A stretch of 60,421 nucleotides of DNA, the filler included. It is 5 parts of 5 records of this genome, joined end to end, with 100 filler letters (N's around TTAATTAATTAA, not from the genome) between each part and the next. Parts side by side here need not be neighbours in the genome. Positions count along the whole stretch, not along the records: positions 42,578 to 60,421 come from DRR723986_30256; 4 more parts are not named here. One strand, 5' to 3'. The position numbers and the translations under genes were made by a program. Shown one piece after another: positions 50,465 through 60,421 of the stretch. The notes beneath the pieces were generated by a model. It saw nothing but the letters and a program-made list of their open reading frames with translations. It was not told the origin of the DNA and did not search any database. The first letter of the stretch is position 1. The number at the start of each line of letters is the position of its first letter.

Positions 50465-50490
50465 ACGATAAATTTGAAAAAAATCTAGAA

Positions 50491-50970
50491 ATGGCAGATA
50501 TAGGAATTATAATGGGAAGCAAATCGGATCTCCCTATCATGCAAGAAGCAGCCGACATACTTGACGAGTTGCAAATTAGCTACGAGATCACTGTAGTATC
50601 TGCGCATAGAACGCCAGAAAGAATGTTCGACTACGCTCAAAACGCACAATCTAGAGGAATTAAAGCCATAATTGCAGGCGCAGGAGGCGCGGCACATTTA
50701 CCTGGAATGACTGCTTCCCTTACTGCACTTCCAGTAATTGGAGTACCTATAAAATCTAGCAACTCCATTGACGGCTGGGATTCTATTTTATCAATTTTAC
50801 AAATGCCCGGAGGAATACCTGTTGCCACTGTGGCATTGAACGGAGCGAAAAACGCCGGAATTCTTGCAGCCAGTATTATTGGAGCGCAAAATCAAGAAGT
50901 TTATCAACGACTTTGTGAGTACAAAGAAGCTTTAAAAATTAAAGTTCTTAAAACTGCAGAAGAACTTTAG
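50491..50970 (+). CDS. purE: N5-CAIR mutase
   Basis: [36 protein letters not shown]; own TAAATTTG box at 50469-76. Confidence 0.98.
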   Translation: MADIGIIMGSKSDLPIMQEAADILDELQISYEITVVSAHRTPERMFDYAQNAQSRGIKAIIAGAGGAAHLPGMTASLTALPVIGVPIKSSNSIDGWDSILSILQMPGGIPVATVALNGAKNAGILAASIIGAQNQEVYQRLCEYKEALKIKVLKTAEEL

Positions 50971-51042
50971 AATAGTAATTCACAATTATTAAGTTGCAAC
51001 ATTTAATGTTTAAACTTATATTTGGCATTTAATTTTATTTTT

Positions 51043-51402
51043 ATGTCAAAAACAAGACTAATTTTCGGCTGGACAATTACTTCTCTGCTCTCAGCATTAT
51101 TACTATTCAGCGTTTTCGGAAAATTAACCAACCCTGAAATGCAGGCCAATATGGCGAATTGGGGACTAGCTAATTGGAGGATCATTATTGCTATAGGAGA
51201 ATTAATTGCAACTATTCTTTTCATTATTCCACGCACCAATATTTTGGGTGTATTATTACTCTGTTCTCATATGGGTGGAGCAATTATTATTCACATGACC
51301 CATGGCGAATCTTTCATATTACAAACAATTGTACTTTTGCTCATTTGGTTAGCAGCCTTTGTCAGAAATCCAAAATTGGTTGACTTTTTAAAGTCTTCCT
51401 AA
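51043..51402 (+). CDS. DoxX-like membrane protein
   Basis: 4 TM, GEL...IPRT..LG.LL...MGGAI..H; TATATTTG box at 51017-24 supports ATG 51043. Confidence 0.8.
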   Translation: MSKTRLIFGWTITSLLSALLLFSVFGKLTNPEMQANMANWGLANWRIIIAIGELIATILFIIPRTNILGVLLLCSHMGGAIIIHMTHGESFILQTIVLLLIWLAAFVRNPKLVDFLKSS

Positions 51403-51467
51403 TTTAGATTCATTCAACATAAATTCTCATTTTTTTGAATTATTTTTAACATTCATATGCAGCAAAT

Positions 51468-51929
51468 ATGAAAATTGAAGACGAGATTAAATCCAAGTTT
51501 AAGGACGACTACCATAAGTTAATTGTCAATATTCATTTGACGAGTAGTAGAATAATGGAGCAAATACAATGCGAACTAAAGGCACATGGACTGACCTCAA
51601 CTCAATACAATGTGCTACGGATTCTAAGAGGGCAAGGAAATAAAAGTGTATCAATCGGACTTATAAAAGATAGAATGATTGAACGAAATTCTGACGTAAG
51701 TCGAATTATTGATCGATTAGTGAAGAAGCAGTTGATTCTTCGCAAGGAAAACTGTGATGACCGAAGACAAAAAGATGTAGGAATTTCAAAAAAAGGATTA
51801 GAAGTCTTATCTAAAATAGACGATATGGACTATAAAGTTCAAGATACCTTGGGACATCTATCAGCAAAAGAAGTTAAAACACTCAATGATCTTCTAGACA
51901 AAGCTAGAAATACACAAGAATCCAATTAG
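51468..51929 (+). CDS. MarR family transcriptional regulator
   Basis: GLTSTQYNVLRILRG, DVSRIIDRLVKK, DDRR, ISKKG. Confidence 0.92.
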   Translation: MKIEDEIKSKFKDDYHKLIVNIHLTSSRIMEQIQCELKAHGLTSTQYNVLRILRGQGNKSVSIGLIKDRMIERNSDVSRIIDRLVKKQLILRKENCDDRRQKDVGISKKGLEVLSKIDDMDYKVQDTLGHLSAKEVKTLNDLLDKARNTQESN

Positions 51930-51961
51930 AATAATTCTTATCTTTCTGGAAAACCCTTATC

Positions 51962-52252
51962 ATGTCTAAAACAAATCTTGGTTTACTCAGAATAATTGGA
52001 TTGCTTGAAGGTATTTCTTACATATTACTATTGGGAATTGCCATGCCGCTGAAATACGCCGCAAACATGCCTGAATACATCTACCCAACTGGACTAGCTC
52101 ATGGACTGCTTTTCACACTTTATGTCCTTTTTGTGTTAATCGTAGCCTGGCAACTAAAATGGAAAATTGGTGTGATTTTCTGGGCAATGATAGCTTCATT
52201 GCTGCCCTTCGGAACCTTCGTAGCAGATAAAAAAATATTTGCTAATCAATAA
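51962..52252 (+). CDS. DUF3817 domain membrane protein
   Basis: LEGISYILLLGIAMPLKY, GLAHG.LF, ASLLPFGTF. Confidence 0.85.
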   Translation: MSKTNLGLLRIIGLLEGISYILLLGIAMPLKYAANMPEYIYPTGLAHGLLFTLYVLFVLIVAWQLKWKIGVIFWAMIASLLPFGTFVADKKIFANQ

Positions 52253-52661
52253 AATATTGAATGGCCAAGTCATAAGATTTTAATCCAAAACCAAAAATAC
52301 AACCAGCACAGACGGGTGAAATCAAAGAGTCATGTCGAAAAACTTCACGTTTTGACACATTAGAAATATGCACCTCTACTACATCCTCATTTTGAGCACT
52401 AATTGCATCTCTAATTGCAACTGAAGTATGTGTATATCCGCCTGCGTTTAAAACAAATCCGCTATAATCTTGCATTTGTAATTGATTGATCAATTCACCT
52501 TCAATATTAGATTGAAAATATTCAAGTTGAATCTGGGGATACTTCTCTTTCAGCTTCACAAAATAATTTTCAAAACTTTCATTTCCGTAAGTTGAAGGCT
52601 CCCTTTTTCCGAGTAAATTTAAATTCGGACCATTAATTATTAAAATTCGCTTTGCACTCAT
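52242..52661 (-). CDS. aroQ: Type II 3-dehydroquinate dehydratase
   Basis: NGPNLNLLGKREP.YG, QSN.EGELI, THTSVAIRDA, EVHISN; ATG 52661 with TAACTTTG box at 52688-95. Confidence 0.96.
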   Translation of the reverse strand: MSAKRILIINGPNLNLLGKREPSTYGNESFENYFVKLKEKYPQIQLEYFQSNIEGELINQLQMQDYSGFVLNAGGYTHTSVAIRDAISAQNEDVVEVHISNVSKREVFRHDSLISPVCAGCIFGFGLKSYDLAIQYFID

Positions 52662-53563
52662 CTTGGGATAAATATAGGAAGGATTATCAAAGTTATTTGA
52701 AAATTGAAAAATCATTATCAGCAAATAGTATTGAAGCATACTTGCGTGATTTTGATAAACTGACCCAATATTTGGAAATGCTAAATTCTAACAAAAAGCC
52801 TACAGAAATTGACCTGACGGATTTACAGAATTTTATTGGTTGGATAAATGAGTTGGGAATATCAGCACGATCGCAGGCAAGAATTATCTCAGGTATTCGA
52901 AATTTTTTCTACTTTTTAGTGTTGGAGGATGAAATTTTGCAAGACCCATCAGAACTAATTGAACTACCGAAAATAGGTAAGAAATTACCCGAAGTTTTAT
53001 CGATAGAAGAAATTGATCATCTCAAATCAGCTATAGACATGTCTAAGCAAGAAGGTCACCGAAATCGTGCCATCATAGAAACCTTATACAGTTGTGGATT
53101 AAGAGTTTCTGAATTGGTCAATTTAAAAATCACCAACATTTACGTTGACGAAGGATTTATAAGGGTAATTGGGAAAGGAAATAAGGAAAGATTGGTCCCC
53201 ATTAGTCCTTCAGTTGAAAAAGAAATTGAAATTTACCAGAATTTGGTAAGGGTGCATCAAGAAATAAAACCCGGGCATGAAGACTTTCTATTTCTAAACA
53301 GAAGAGGCGCGCAATTAACAAGGGTAATGATTTTCACTATTATTAAAAACCTTGCTGAAGAAATTGGTCTAACCAAAGTTATTAGTCCACACACTTTTCG
53401 ACATTCGTTTGCAACGCACATGGTTGAAGGCGGGGCAAATCTGAGGGCAATTCAAGAAATGCTAGGACACGAATCCATTAGCACAACCGAAATCTATACA
53501 CATCTAAGTAATGATATGCTCAAAGAAGCAATAATTTCGTTCCACCCCCGCAATAAGTCTTAA
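52652..53563 (+). CDS. xerD: Site-specific tyrosine recombinase XerD
   Basis: YLKIEKSLS.NSIEAY, GLRVSEL, GKGNKERLVP, HTFRHSFATH, LGH, TTEIY. Confidence 0.9.
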   Translation: MHSSWDKYRKDYQSYLKIEKSLSANSIEAYLRDFDKLTQYLEMLNSNKKPTEIDLTDLQNFIGWINELGISARSQARIISGIRNFFYFLVLEDEILQDPSELIELPKIGKKLPEVLSIEEIDHLKSAIDMSKQEGHRNRAIIETLYSCGLRVSELVNLKITNIYVDEGFIRVIGKGNKERLVPISPSVEKEIEIYQNLVRVHQEIKPGHEDFLFLNRRGAQLTRVMIFTIIKNLAEEIGLTKVISPHTFRHSFATHMVEGGANLRAIQEMLGHESISTTEIYTHLSNDMLKEAIISFHPRNKS

Positions 53564-53572
53564 ATTTGAACC

Positions 53573-54568
53573 GTGAATCACGAAACCTACATGCAACGTT
53601 GTTTTGATTTGGCCTTACTAGGGCTCGGTAATACGGCTCCTAATCCTCTAGTTGGCTCTGTAATTGTACATCAAGACAAAATTATAGGTGAAGGATATCA
53701 TGAAAAATATGGTGAAGCGCATGCCGAAGTGAACGCAATTAAATCAGTTAAAGATAAAAGCCTGCTGACTGAATCAACGATTTATGTGAATCTTGAACCC
53801 TGTGCACATTTTGGAAAAACACCTCCCTGTTCAGACCTCATTATTAAACATAACATTCCAAAAATTGTGATTGGATGTATAGATACTTTTGACGAAGTTG
53901 CTGGAAAAGGAGTAGAAAAATTAGAAGCAAAGGGCTGCAAAGTAGAAGTTGGGGTTCTCGAAGACCAAGCGAAAGAACTCAATAAGCGATTTTTTACTTT
54001 TCACAATAAAAAAAGACCCTATGTTATTTTAAAATGGGCACAAAGTTCTGATGGATTTATTGACATTGATCGAAGCAATGGAAAAAAGGGAATTGCTTGG
54101 ATTTCTGCACCTGAAACCAAGCAAGTGGTTCATAAATGGAGACATGAAGAAGCAGGAATCTTAGTTGGTAAGAACACAGTTTTAACAGACAACCCTTCAC
54201 TGACGGTTAGGGAAATTGAGGGCAACTCCCCCATTCGATTTGTTCTTGATACGAATAACTCAATAGATCTTGAACAATATCAGATTGGAAATCAACCGCC
54301 GGAAACATTTAAATTAACCGGTTCGGACACATCAACTGCTGAAAATATATTAAATTTCTTATATAACAAATCCATTCAATCCGTAATTATTGAAGGTGGA
54401 GCATCAACACTGAACACTTTTATTGAATGTGGTTTATGGGATGAAGCTCGAGTTATTACTGGATCAAAAATATTTCAAACAGGAATTAAAGCTCCACTGC
54501 TAAGAGTAAATACTACCAAAACCCAAAAATCGCAAACAGATACCATTATCTACTATTACAATGATTGA
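53573..54568 (+). CDS. ribD: Riboflavin biosynthesis deaminase/reductase RibD
   Basis: PNPLVG, HAE, LEPCAH.GKTPPC, KWAQS.DG, IEGG; GTG start. Confidence 0.96.
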   Translation: MNHETYMQRCFDLALLGLGNTAPNPLVGSVIVHQDKIIGEGYHEKYGEAHAEVNAIKSVKDKSLLTESTIYVNLEPCAHFGKTPPCSDLIIKHNIPKIVIGCIDTFDEVAGKGVEKLEAKGCKVEVGVLEDQAKELNKRFFTFHNKKRPYVILKWAQSSDGFIDIDRSNGKKGIAWISAPETKQVVHKWRHEEAGILVGKNTVLTDNPSLTVREIEGNSPIRFVLDTNNSIDLEQYQIGNQPPETFKLTGSDTSTAENILNFLYNKSIQSVIIEGGASTLNTFIECGLWDEARVITGSKIFQTGIKAPLLRVNTTKTQKSQTDTIIYYYND

Positions 54569-55424
54569 TTTATTACTGGGCATACTCTTTTTTAACGTCA
54601 TATTGATATTGTTCAAATTATTTGAGCGATTTAATGTCGATAATTTACAAGCCATCATCATCAATTATTTAGTTGCAGGAGGTCTCGGTTTTTTAACTTC
54701 TGGGATTGAAAACCCTCTCAACCATGTATTGACCGCATCATGGCTTCCTTTTGCAATATTAATTGGGGTTTTATTCATTGTGGTATTTAACCTACTCGCA
54801 ACAGGTGCTCAAAAAGTAGGTATTGCAATTTCAACTGTCGCTAATAAAATGTCAGTTGTGATACCTGTAATATTTGCCTTCATTGTTTTTGGTGATACCG
54901 TTTCAATCTTGAAAATCACAGGAATAATGTTGGCCATACTAGGCGTGTACTTCACCTCAACCTCAGGAAAAAAACTCAATTTTGATAAAAAATATCTATG
55001 GCTAATCATTGTCATTTTTGCTGGACAGGGATTAGCAGATTGTATATTCAATTTTGCTCAACAATTTTATGTAGAAGGGCATGAAGCACAAATCTTTATC
55101 TCGTCAATGTTCTTCGCAGCCTTTCTAATGGGAATTCTCATGGTTATTCCCAAATTCACAGGCAAGAAAAGCAAATTTCAACTAAAAAATATATGGTGGG
55201 GAATCGGCCTAGGAATTCCTAACTTCCTTACGGTTTTTTATTTTTTCCGATCATTAGAAAGCGGAATAATGGAAAGTTCTCAAATCTACCCGATTTTAAA
55301 CATGGGGGTAATTGTACTTTCAGCTTTGTCTGGCTACATCATCTTCAAAGAAAAATTAAGCAGCAGAAACTGGTTTGGTATCCTGATTTCGTTAATGGCT
55401 ATTGCAGCAATAACTTTTGGATAA
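54561..55424 (+). CDS. EamA/DMT family transporter
   Basis: About 10 TM with two-fold internal repeat, FKEKLS motif. Confidence 0.85.
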   Translation: MIDLLLGILFFNVILILFKLFERFNVDNLQAIIINYLVAGGLGFLTSGIENPLNHVLTASWLPFAILIGVLFIVVFNLLATGAQKVGIAISTVANKMSVVIPVIFAFIVFGDTVSILKITGIMLAILGVYFTSTSGKKLNFDKKYLWLIIVIFAGQGLADCIFNFAQQFYVEGHEAQIFISSMFFAAFLMGILMVIPKFTGKKSKFQLKNIWWGIGLGIPNFLTVFYFFRSLESGIMESSQIYPILNMGVIVLSALSGYIIFKEKLSSRNWFGILISLMAIAAITFG

Positions 55425-55494
55425 ATGGTTTTATAACTGTATGACCTGCAGTTTTTTAGTGAAACGATTGTTTACCTTTCCAAAAAATTAAATC

Positions 55495-56292
55495 ATGAAA
55501 AAAACCGCTTTAGCAATCCCTTTTATCTTATTAATGTTCGCATGTGCAGAATCAACTTCAAACGGAGATAAAGAAATCACCATTGAAAAGGATTCCATAA
55601 TAATCATTGAGGATGATTTAACATATGATAAAATCACCTTTGAGGCTCCAGATGGGGTTATCATTCACGCTAATGAATATAAGATTGATGATGAATCTCC
55701 AATAATAGTCTTATGTCATCAAGCTAGATTTAACAAATTTGAATATGACGGAATTGCAGAGAAGCTTAATGAGAATGGTTTTAATTGCATTGCGATAGAC
55801 CAACGTTCTGGAGGACCAATTGCTTCTCAACAAAATGAAACCAATCTTTCTGCAAAAGAATTAGGTAAAGGTGTAGATTACTTAGATGCCATTCAGGATA
55901 TCACTGCGGCTGTAAATTATAGTGCTGACAAGTATAACCAGAAAGTAATTTTATGGGGTAGTTCTTATTCATCTACCCTAACATTATGGGAAGGTATGTC
56001 CAACGAAAATGTAAAAGCCACCGTGTCATTTAGTCCGGGTGATTACTTTCCAGAAATCGGAAGTTTGACCGACTCTATCGTGAACTATTCTAAACCATTT
56101 TTCATTACTTGTTCTAAAGCCGAAACTCCTGAAACTGAAGTGATTTTATCTAAAGTCAACTTTGGTGAAAATCAAGTACATTTTAAACCAGAAGGAAATG
56201 GTCATCACGGTTCAAGGGCTTTATGGTTAAATCAAGATGGTGGAGAAGAATATTGGAAAGCAGTATTGGACTTTTTAAATTCTATAAATTAA
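55495..56292 (+). CDS. Alpha/beta hydrolase lipoprotein
   Basis: Lipobox MFAC; LCHQA, IDQRSGG, WGSSYS nucleophile elbow, HHGS. Confidence 0.85.
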   Translation: MKKTALAIPFILLMFACAESTSNGDKEITIEKDSIIIIEDDLTYDKITFEAPDGVIIHANEYKIDDESPIIVLCHQARFNKFEYDGIAEKLNENGFNCIAIDQRSGGPIASQQNETNLSAKELGKGVDYLDAIQDITAAVNYSADKYNQKVILWGSSYSSTLTLWEGMSNENVKATVSFSPGDYFPEIGSLTDSIVNYSKPFFITCSKAETPETEVILSKVNFGENQVHFKPEGNGHHGSRALWLNQDGGEEYWKAVLDFLNSIN

Positions 56293-56355
56293 GCAACCAA
56301 ACAAAGTCATCAAGCGTCTTTTTAATAGACAAATCCTTTTGTTAAATACAATTCT

Positions 56356-56751
56356 ATGAAATTCAACAAAATAGCGATACTCTTGAGCACTCTAGTGCTG
56401 TTGTTTGTATCTACTCTTTCTTTTGCTGACCCAATTATTATCCTAAGTGATACTCCAGAAGATTATACTCAAACGGAAACGGGTTATGTAGTTAATTTTA
56501 AGTTAGACGCTTCCAGCGCTGAATTAGCAGAAATTGAAACTAAAGTGGCTAATATTTCAGATAGAGTAACTATGACAGTAAACTTAATTAGTGAAGGTCA
56601 TTACGACATTGTTTATACCGTGAATCATCAAAACCAAGCGGAATACGTTCACAAAATGATGCTGGTTAGTGGATTTAACAAAGTAAATTATCAAGGAACC
56701 GAGTATGGCCTAACAAAAGTAATAGATGTGCTAAAAAGCCATCAAAATTAA
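56356..56751 (+). CDS. Secreted hypothetical protein (131 aa)
   Basis: Signal peptide ending SFA. Confidence 0.75.
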   Translation: MKFNKIAILLSTLVLLFVSTLSFADPIIILSDTPEDYTQTETGYVVNFKLDASSAELAEIETKVANISDRVTMTVNLISEGHYDIVYTVNHQNQAEYVHKMMLVSGFNKVNYQGTEYGLTKVIDVLKSHQN

Positions 56752-56768
56752 ATTTTCGAACTATTATT

Positions 56769-56803
56769 AAGAGCCGCTATTGATTTCGATAGCGGCTTTT
56801 TTT
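56769..56803 (+). terminator. Intrinsic terminator between convergent genes
   Basis: AGCCGCTAT...ATAGCGGCT followed by a T-tract. Confidence 0.85.
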
Positions 56804-57422
56804 ATCTATTCATCTCCCCGTTGATATCATAAGATTCAAAAGTAACTTTTCTGTTATATCGAATTACTTCTTCTGTAAGATGGATAGGACTCTCATCTTC
56901 ACTTATGACGCTGCCCGATACAGTTTTATGTTCAATTAATACTAACTGAGAAATTAACGAGTCATAGGCAAAAGTTGTTTGAAGAGATGTTCGAAACCAA
57001 CATCCACTTAAATGGCTTATCTGGAATTCGCAGTTCTCAATAGAAACACCTCTAAAAGGATCTCCGATACATCCTCCGCTATCATAACAATACAAAGCAT
57101 TATCATTTCGCGAAAATTCAATCAGCTGCTCCCATGCTCCTCTTAAATAAACTATTACTGGTCTCAACGCCAATTCTGATGAATATTCATCTTCATCAAC
57201 TAATCGATAGGCTGCCAGACAATCTTTATCTCCATCACCATCCAAGTCGCCAAAATCAAAATCAAGTAACTGAAATCCCTCTGGCAACAAATCTATCAAC
57301 TCAGCTTTTGTACAGAACTTCTGAGCTGTTGTCACATTTGATCTCATCCTGAATCCAAATACAAACGGATCGTCCTGAGAACAAGAGAACAAAAAACAAC
57401 AGGAGAAAATTAAATATTTCAC
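56802..57422 (-). CDS. Hypothetical lipoprotein with a DxDxDG motif
   Basis: Lipobox LFSC; GDLDGDGDKD; GG.IGDPF; GTG start. Confidence 0.7.
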   Translation of the reverse strand: MKYLIFSCCFLFSCSQDDPFVFGFRMRSNVTTAQKFCTKAELIDLLPEGFQLLDFDFGDLDGDGDKDCLAAYRLVDEDEYSSELALRPVIVYLRGAWEQLIEFSRNDNALYCYDSGGCIGDPFRGVSIENCEFQISHLSGCWFRTSLQTTFAYDSLISQLVLIEHKTVSGSVISEDESPIHLTEEVIRYNRKVTFESYDINGEMNR

Positions 57423-57513
57423 CCTTCAAATTAAGGATGCTTGAAGTTGAATGAAAACAAACGCTAATCTTTCATTCACTCTTTTATTATTCGATTGCAG
57501 GCCCCTATTAAGT

Positions 57514-57546
57514 AAAAAGCCATCCGAATTGAATCGAATGGCTCTT
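57514..57546 (-). terminator. Intrinsic terminator
   Basis: AGCCAT.CGA...TCG.ATGGCT stem with A5 tract on the left, just after the adhesin stop. Confidence 0.65.
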
Positions 57547-57549
57547 GAA

Positions 57550-60421
57550 TTATTTAAGCACCGTTACATGGCCCCTATGGCTGTGTCTTTCATCTGATAT
57601 TTTATCTCCGAAATCAACTTGCCAAATATACGTGCCGTCTTTCACAAGGCCTCCATCACCGTAATGTCCATCCCATCCAGCATCTTTATTGTAAGATTCA
57701 AATACAATTTCTCCCCATCTGTTAAAGACAATCATATGGAAATCATAAATATCGATTCCGGAAGTAAAGACTGGAGAGAACGTTTCGTTGAATAGGTCAC
57801 CGTCTGGGGTAAAGATATTCGGAACATAGAAAATAATCTCTTCATAGATCGTGATATCTTCACAAACAGTTGCTGAACACCCAGCATCAGAAGTAACAGT
57901 TTGACAAACGGTTACGTCCGTTTCTTGCTCAATTCCTGTAAAGGTATGTGTAGGGTTTTGTTCAGTTGAAGTTCCTTGACCTCCAAGTGTATATGAATAT
58001 GACGATCCCCCTTGAGAAATATCAAAGATTGTAACAGTAGGATCAACCAATGAAGGCTGAGCTGGTTGCCAGTAGAAACCAGGAATCGGATCTTCTTCTA
58101 CACAGATTACTGAAGATACTGTTGAAGAACCGTAACAACCCTCATCAGAAGTAACCTCTAAAGTTACATCATAGCACCCAGGTGCTACAAAGGTTCCTGT
58201 TGCACCTGTGCAACCGATAAACGTATCCCCGTTACTAAATGTCCATACACAGTTGTTTGTTGTAAAGTTTCCTGGTGTTGTATTCACTAACCCTGTTGTT
58301 AAAGGAGAACATCCGTTTGGATTGTCCACCGTAAAAGTTGGAACTGGGTTTGGTAACACATTGATCACAACTTCCATGGTATCGAAAGCATCACAATCAT
58401 CAACACCTACAACGTAAACTGTTTCTGAACCAGCTGGGGTATAAGTAAATGGATTTGATCCATAATCAAGGGTATCATTATTAGCATTCAACCAATGGAA
58501 ATAATAAGGACCGTTATTCCACCCGAACTGACCTGCAGCCGACATTGTTACGTCATCTCCAATACAAATGTTTGCCGTGTCAGGAGTTACAGTGGTTAAT
58601 TCAAACTGGTTGAATGGAATTCCAACAGCTCCTACCTCGGCGTTTGATGTACAACCATTAAAGTCAGTCACAACACATGTATAATTCGTAGGCGTAGTAA
58701 TATTCTGAACTGGGTAAAACTGTGTTGTATCCGTAGCTTCCCAAATGTAATAATAAGGCCCTACTCCACCTGTTGCATTTGCCGCTAAGGTTCCGAATCC
58801 ATCATAACAAATGTCAATTGGTGCTATCGGATCTAGTACTAAAGGAGTTGGCTCGAAAATATCAATTGTCGTTGCTTGCTGACAACCATTCGCATTCTCC
58901 ACGATTATATCATATGTTGTTCCGGCGACTGTTCCACAAACACCAGCAAAGGTATTTGCAGGCTGAAACGAAGCACCGTTATCAATACTGAATTGAACCG
59001 CCTGAGCCGAGTTGATTAAAATTGAACCATCACATACTCCATTACAATTAGCATCTACTCCAGACACTGAAGAAATTACCAACATAGGTGGTTGCGTAAT
59101 ATTGAAAACTGTTTGCACTAAACATCCATTTACATCAGTAACATCTACAGAATAACCTCCTGCAGCTAGATTAGTAACATTGTCATTTGGAGCTACTGGT
59201 GTTCCACCTGTCCATGCATATGTATATGGGGCAGTTCCACCAATAACGTCTACATCAGCCGTACCATCTGTTCCATCAAAACAATTTACATCAGTTTGAG
59301 ATTGAGCATCTATTAACAGTGGTGAAGGCTCTGTCAATACAATTGGAGTTGTGAACTGACAACCATTAGCATCCATTGAAATCACATCTATTGGACCTGC
59401 AGGTAAGAAGTTGGCAACATCTGATAATCCAAAAGTCGCTCCACCATCAAAACTGTATTGGTATACTGGGGTTCCTCCTGAAGCATCTACGTCAATCATT
59501 CCAGAATTATCACCATTACAATTTAAATTTTGCTGAGCAGCAATAATATGATCGTGAACCGTTGGCTCCACCACAGCAACGTTTTGTGTCGCAGTACATC
59601 CATTTGCATCCGTCACGGTTACCGTATAATTATTCGCACATTGGTTTTGGAACAATCCAGTAGCTTGCCCTGGTCCTCCTATGTCATAGGTCAATAGTCC
59701 GGTTCCACCATTGGCCTGAACATCAATTTCTCCATTACAGTTCCCATTACAATCTATATCTGTTGTATTTATTGCAATTATTGTAGGAGAGTTCTCACTC
59801 AATACCGTATGATTTTCAGCATACTGGCATCCATTTAAATCTTCAACAACTACATCATAATTTCCTGGAGCTAATCCGGCAAATAATGATGGACCTTGGA
59901 ATGTTGTCCCATTATCAACTGAATATTGATAGCCAGGTGTTCCGTTATTTCCTGTAACGGTAATATCACCATTTGGAAGTCCACAAGTAGCTGGATTTAT
60001 TACAACATTCATTCCCACAGGAGTAGGCTCTGTAATTACAATGTTATTGGTAACTGTACATCCGTTTGCGTCTTCAACATACAAAGTGTGGTTACCTGCA
60101 CATAAGTTTTGTAGAACATTTGATGATTGTAGAATCACACCATTATCACTTGAATATTGATAGGGTGCAGTTCCACCATTAGCTGTAACATCAATTTCTC
60201 CATCACATGTGGCATTGCAAGAAACATGAGATAATACATTTGCCTCTGTAAGGACTGCCGGTTCCGTAATTAAATGATCAAAAGTTGTGTCACATCCATT
60301 TACATCTGTCATTGTAATGGTATAGTTATTAGCAGCAAGGTTTGTAAAAATTCCAGTTGCATTACCTGTCCCCGATAAATCGTATGTATAAGGTCCAGTT
60401 GCACCACCAGCGACAACTTGA
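57550..60421 (-). CDS. Large SprB-repeat/PKD protein with T9SS type B CTD, 5'-truncated by window end
   Basis: Frame open to 60421; SprB repeats, PKD-like domains, YVPNIFTPDGD.FNE...FNRWGE...WDG...GTY.W. Confidence 0.93.
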   Translation of the reverse strand, partial: QVVAGGATGPYTYDLSGTGNATGIFTNLAANNYTITMTDVNGCDTTFDHLITEPAVLTEANVLSHVSCNATCDGEIDVTANGGTAPYQYSSDNGVILQSSNVLQNLCAGNHTLYVEDANGCTVTNNIVITEPTPVGMNVVINPATCGLPNGDITVTGNNGTPGYQYSVDNGTTFQGPSLFAGLAPGNYDVVVEDLNGCQYAENHTVLSENSPTIIAINTTDIDCNGNCNGEIDVQANGGTGLLTYDIGGPGQATGLFQNQCANNYTVTVTDANGCTATQNVAVVEPTVHDHIIAAQQNLNCNGDNSGMIDVDASGGTPVYQYSFDGGATFGLSDVANFLPAGPIDVISMDANGCQFTTPIVLTEPSPLLIDAQSQTDVNCFDGTDGTADVDVIGGTAPYTYAWTGGTPVAPNDNVTNLAAGGYSVDVTDVNGCLVQTVFNITQPPMLVISSVSGVDANCNGVCDGSILINSAQAVQFSIDNGASFQPANTFAGVCGTVAGTTYDIIVENANGCQQATTIDIFEPTPLVLDPIAPIDICYDGFGTLAANATGGVGPYYYIWEATDTTQFYPVQNITTPTNYTCVVTDFNGCTSNAEVGAVGIPFNQFELTTVTPDTANICIGDDVTMSAAGQFGWNNGPYYFHWLNANNDTLDYGSNPFTYTPAGSETVYVVGVDDCDAFDTMEVVINVLPNPVPTFTVDNPNGCSPLTTGLVNTTPGNFTTNNCVWTFSNGDTFIGCTGATGTFVAPGCYDVTLEVTSDEGCYGSSTVSSVICVEEDPIPGFYWQPAQPSLVDPTVTIFDISQGGSSYSYTLGGQGTSTEQNPTHTFTGIEQETDVTVCQTVTSDAGCSATVCEDITIYEEIIFYVPNIFTPDGDLFNETFSPVFTSGIDIYDFHMIVFNRWGEIVFESYNKDAGWDGHYGDGGLVKDGTYIWQVDFGDKISDERHSHRGHVTVLK

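Noticed and set aside
52652-53563. Tyrosine recombinase as a prophage or island integrase
   Set aside because: Size and motifs match chromosomal XerD among housekeeping genes; no att sites or cargo
42578-60421. The two truncated SprB-repeat ORFs as halves of one gene on a circular element
   Set aside because: The right ORF is cut by the window edge, the intervening genes are chromosomal housekeeping genes, and such adhesins are multicopy; cannot be supported

Overview
The window is five unrelated contigs joined by four artificial 100-nt spacers (N44-TTAATTAATTAA-N44 at 6834-6933, 15047-15146, 20455-20554, 42478-42577), so it looks like a metagenomic concatenation and nothing should be inferred across the spacers. 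Taxonomic labels are inferred from gene content and composition. (1) 1-6833, GC-rich alphaproteobacterial: MttB-family methyltransferase end, HpbD-like hydroxyproline-betaine epimerase, two SDRs, LysR, a permease, and PuuB/PuuC-like amine catabolism genes. (2) 6934-15046, unassigned GC-rich bacterium using Shine-Dalgarno sites: two paralogous ~550-600 aa all-helical (TPR-like) proteins bracketing a small, likely secreted acidic peptide gene, with an inverted repeat in the divergent promoter. This is the best candidate for an undescribed system (possibly peptide-receptor signalling). It also has a GT2, a 2-hydroxyacid dehydrogenase and orphan genes. (3) 15147-20454, Planctomycete-like: FG-GAP propeller, surE, agmatine deiminase, rsmE. 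(4) 20555-42477, AT-rich Bacteroidota (Flavobacteriales-like): a GC-rich probable ncRNA fragment, a thioredoxin-like lipoprotein with SxxS, pnp, rpsO, a 7-bp tandem array, accD, fbaB, cmk, a MutS-like gene, an S41 protease, an L,D-transpeptidase-family/GH18-like/helical trio, menB and tRNA-Leu(GAG). (5) 42578-60421, Bacteroidota: T9SS cassette (SprB-repeat adhesin with a Reelin-repeat-like domain, SprF/PorP-SPOR, type B CTD proteins), purK/purE, MarR, head-to-head aroQ/xerD, ribD. No CRISPR array, rRNA or transposase was found. All calls are by eye; no database searches were run.
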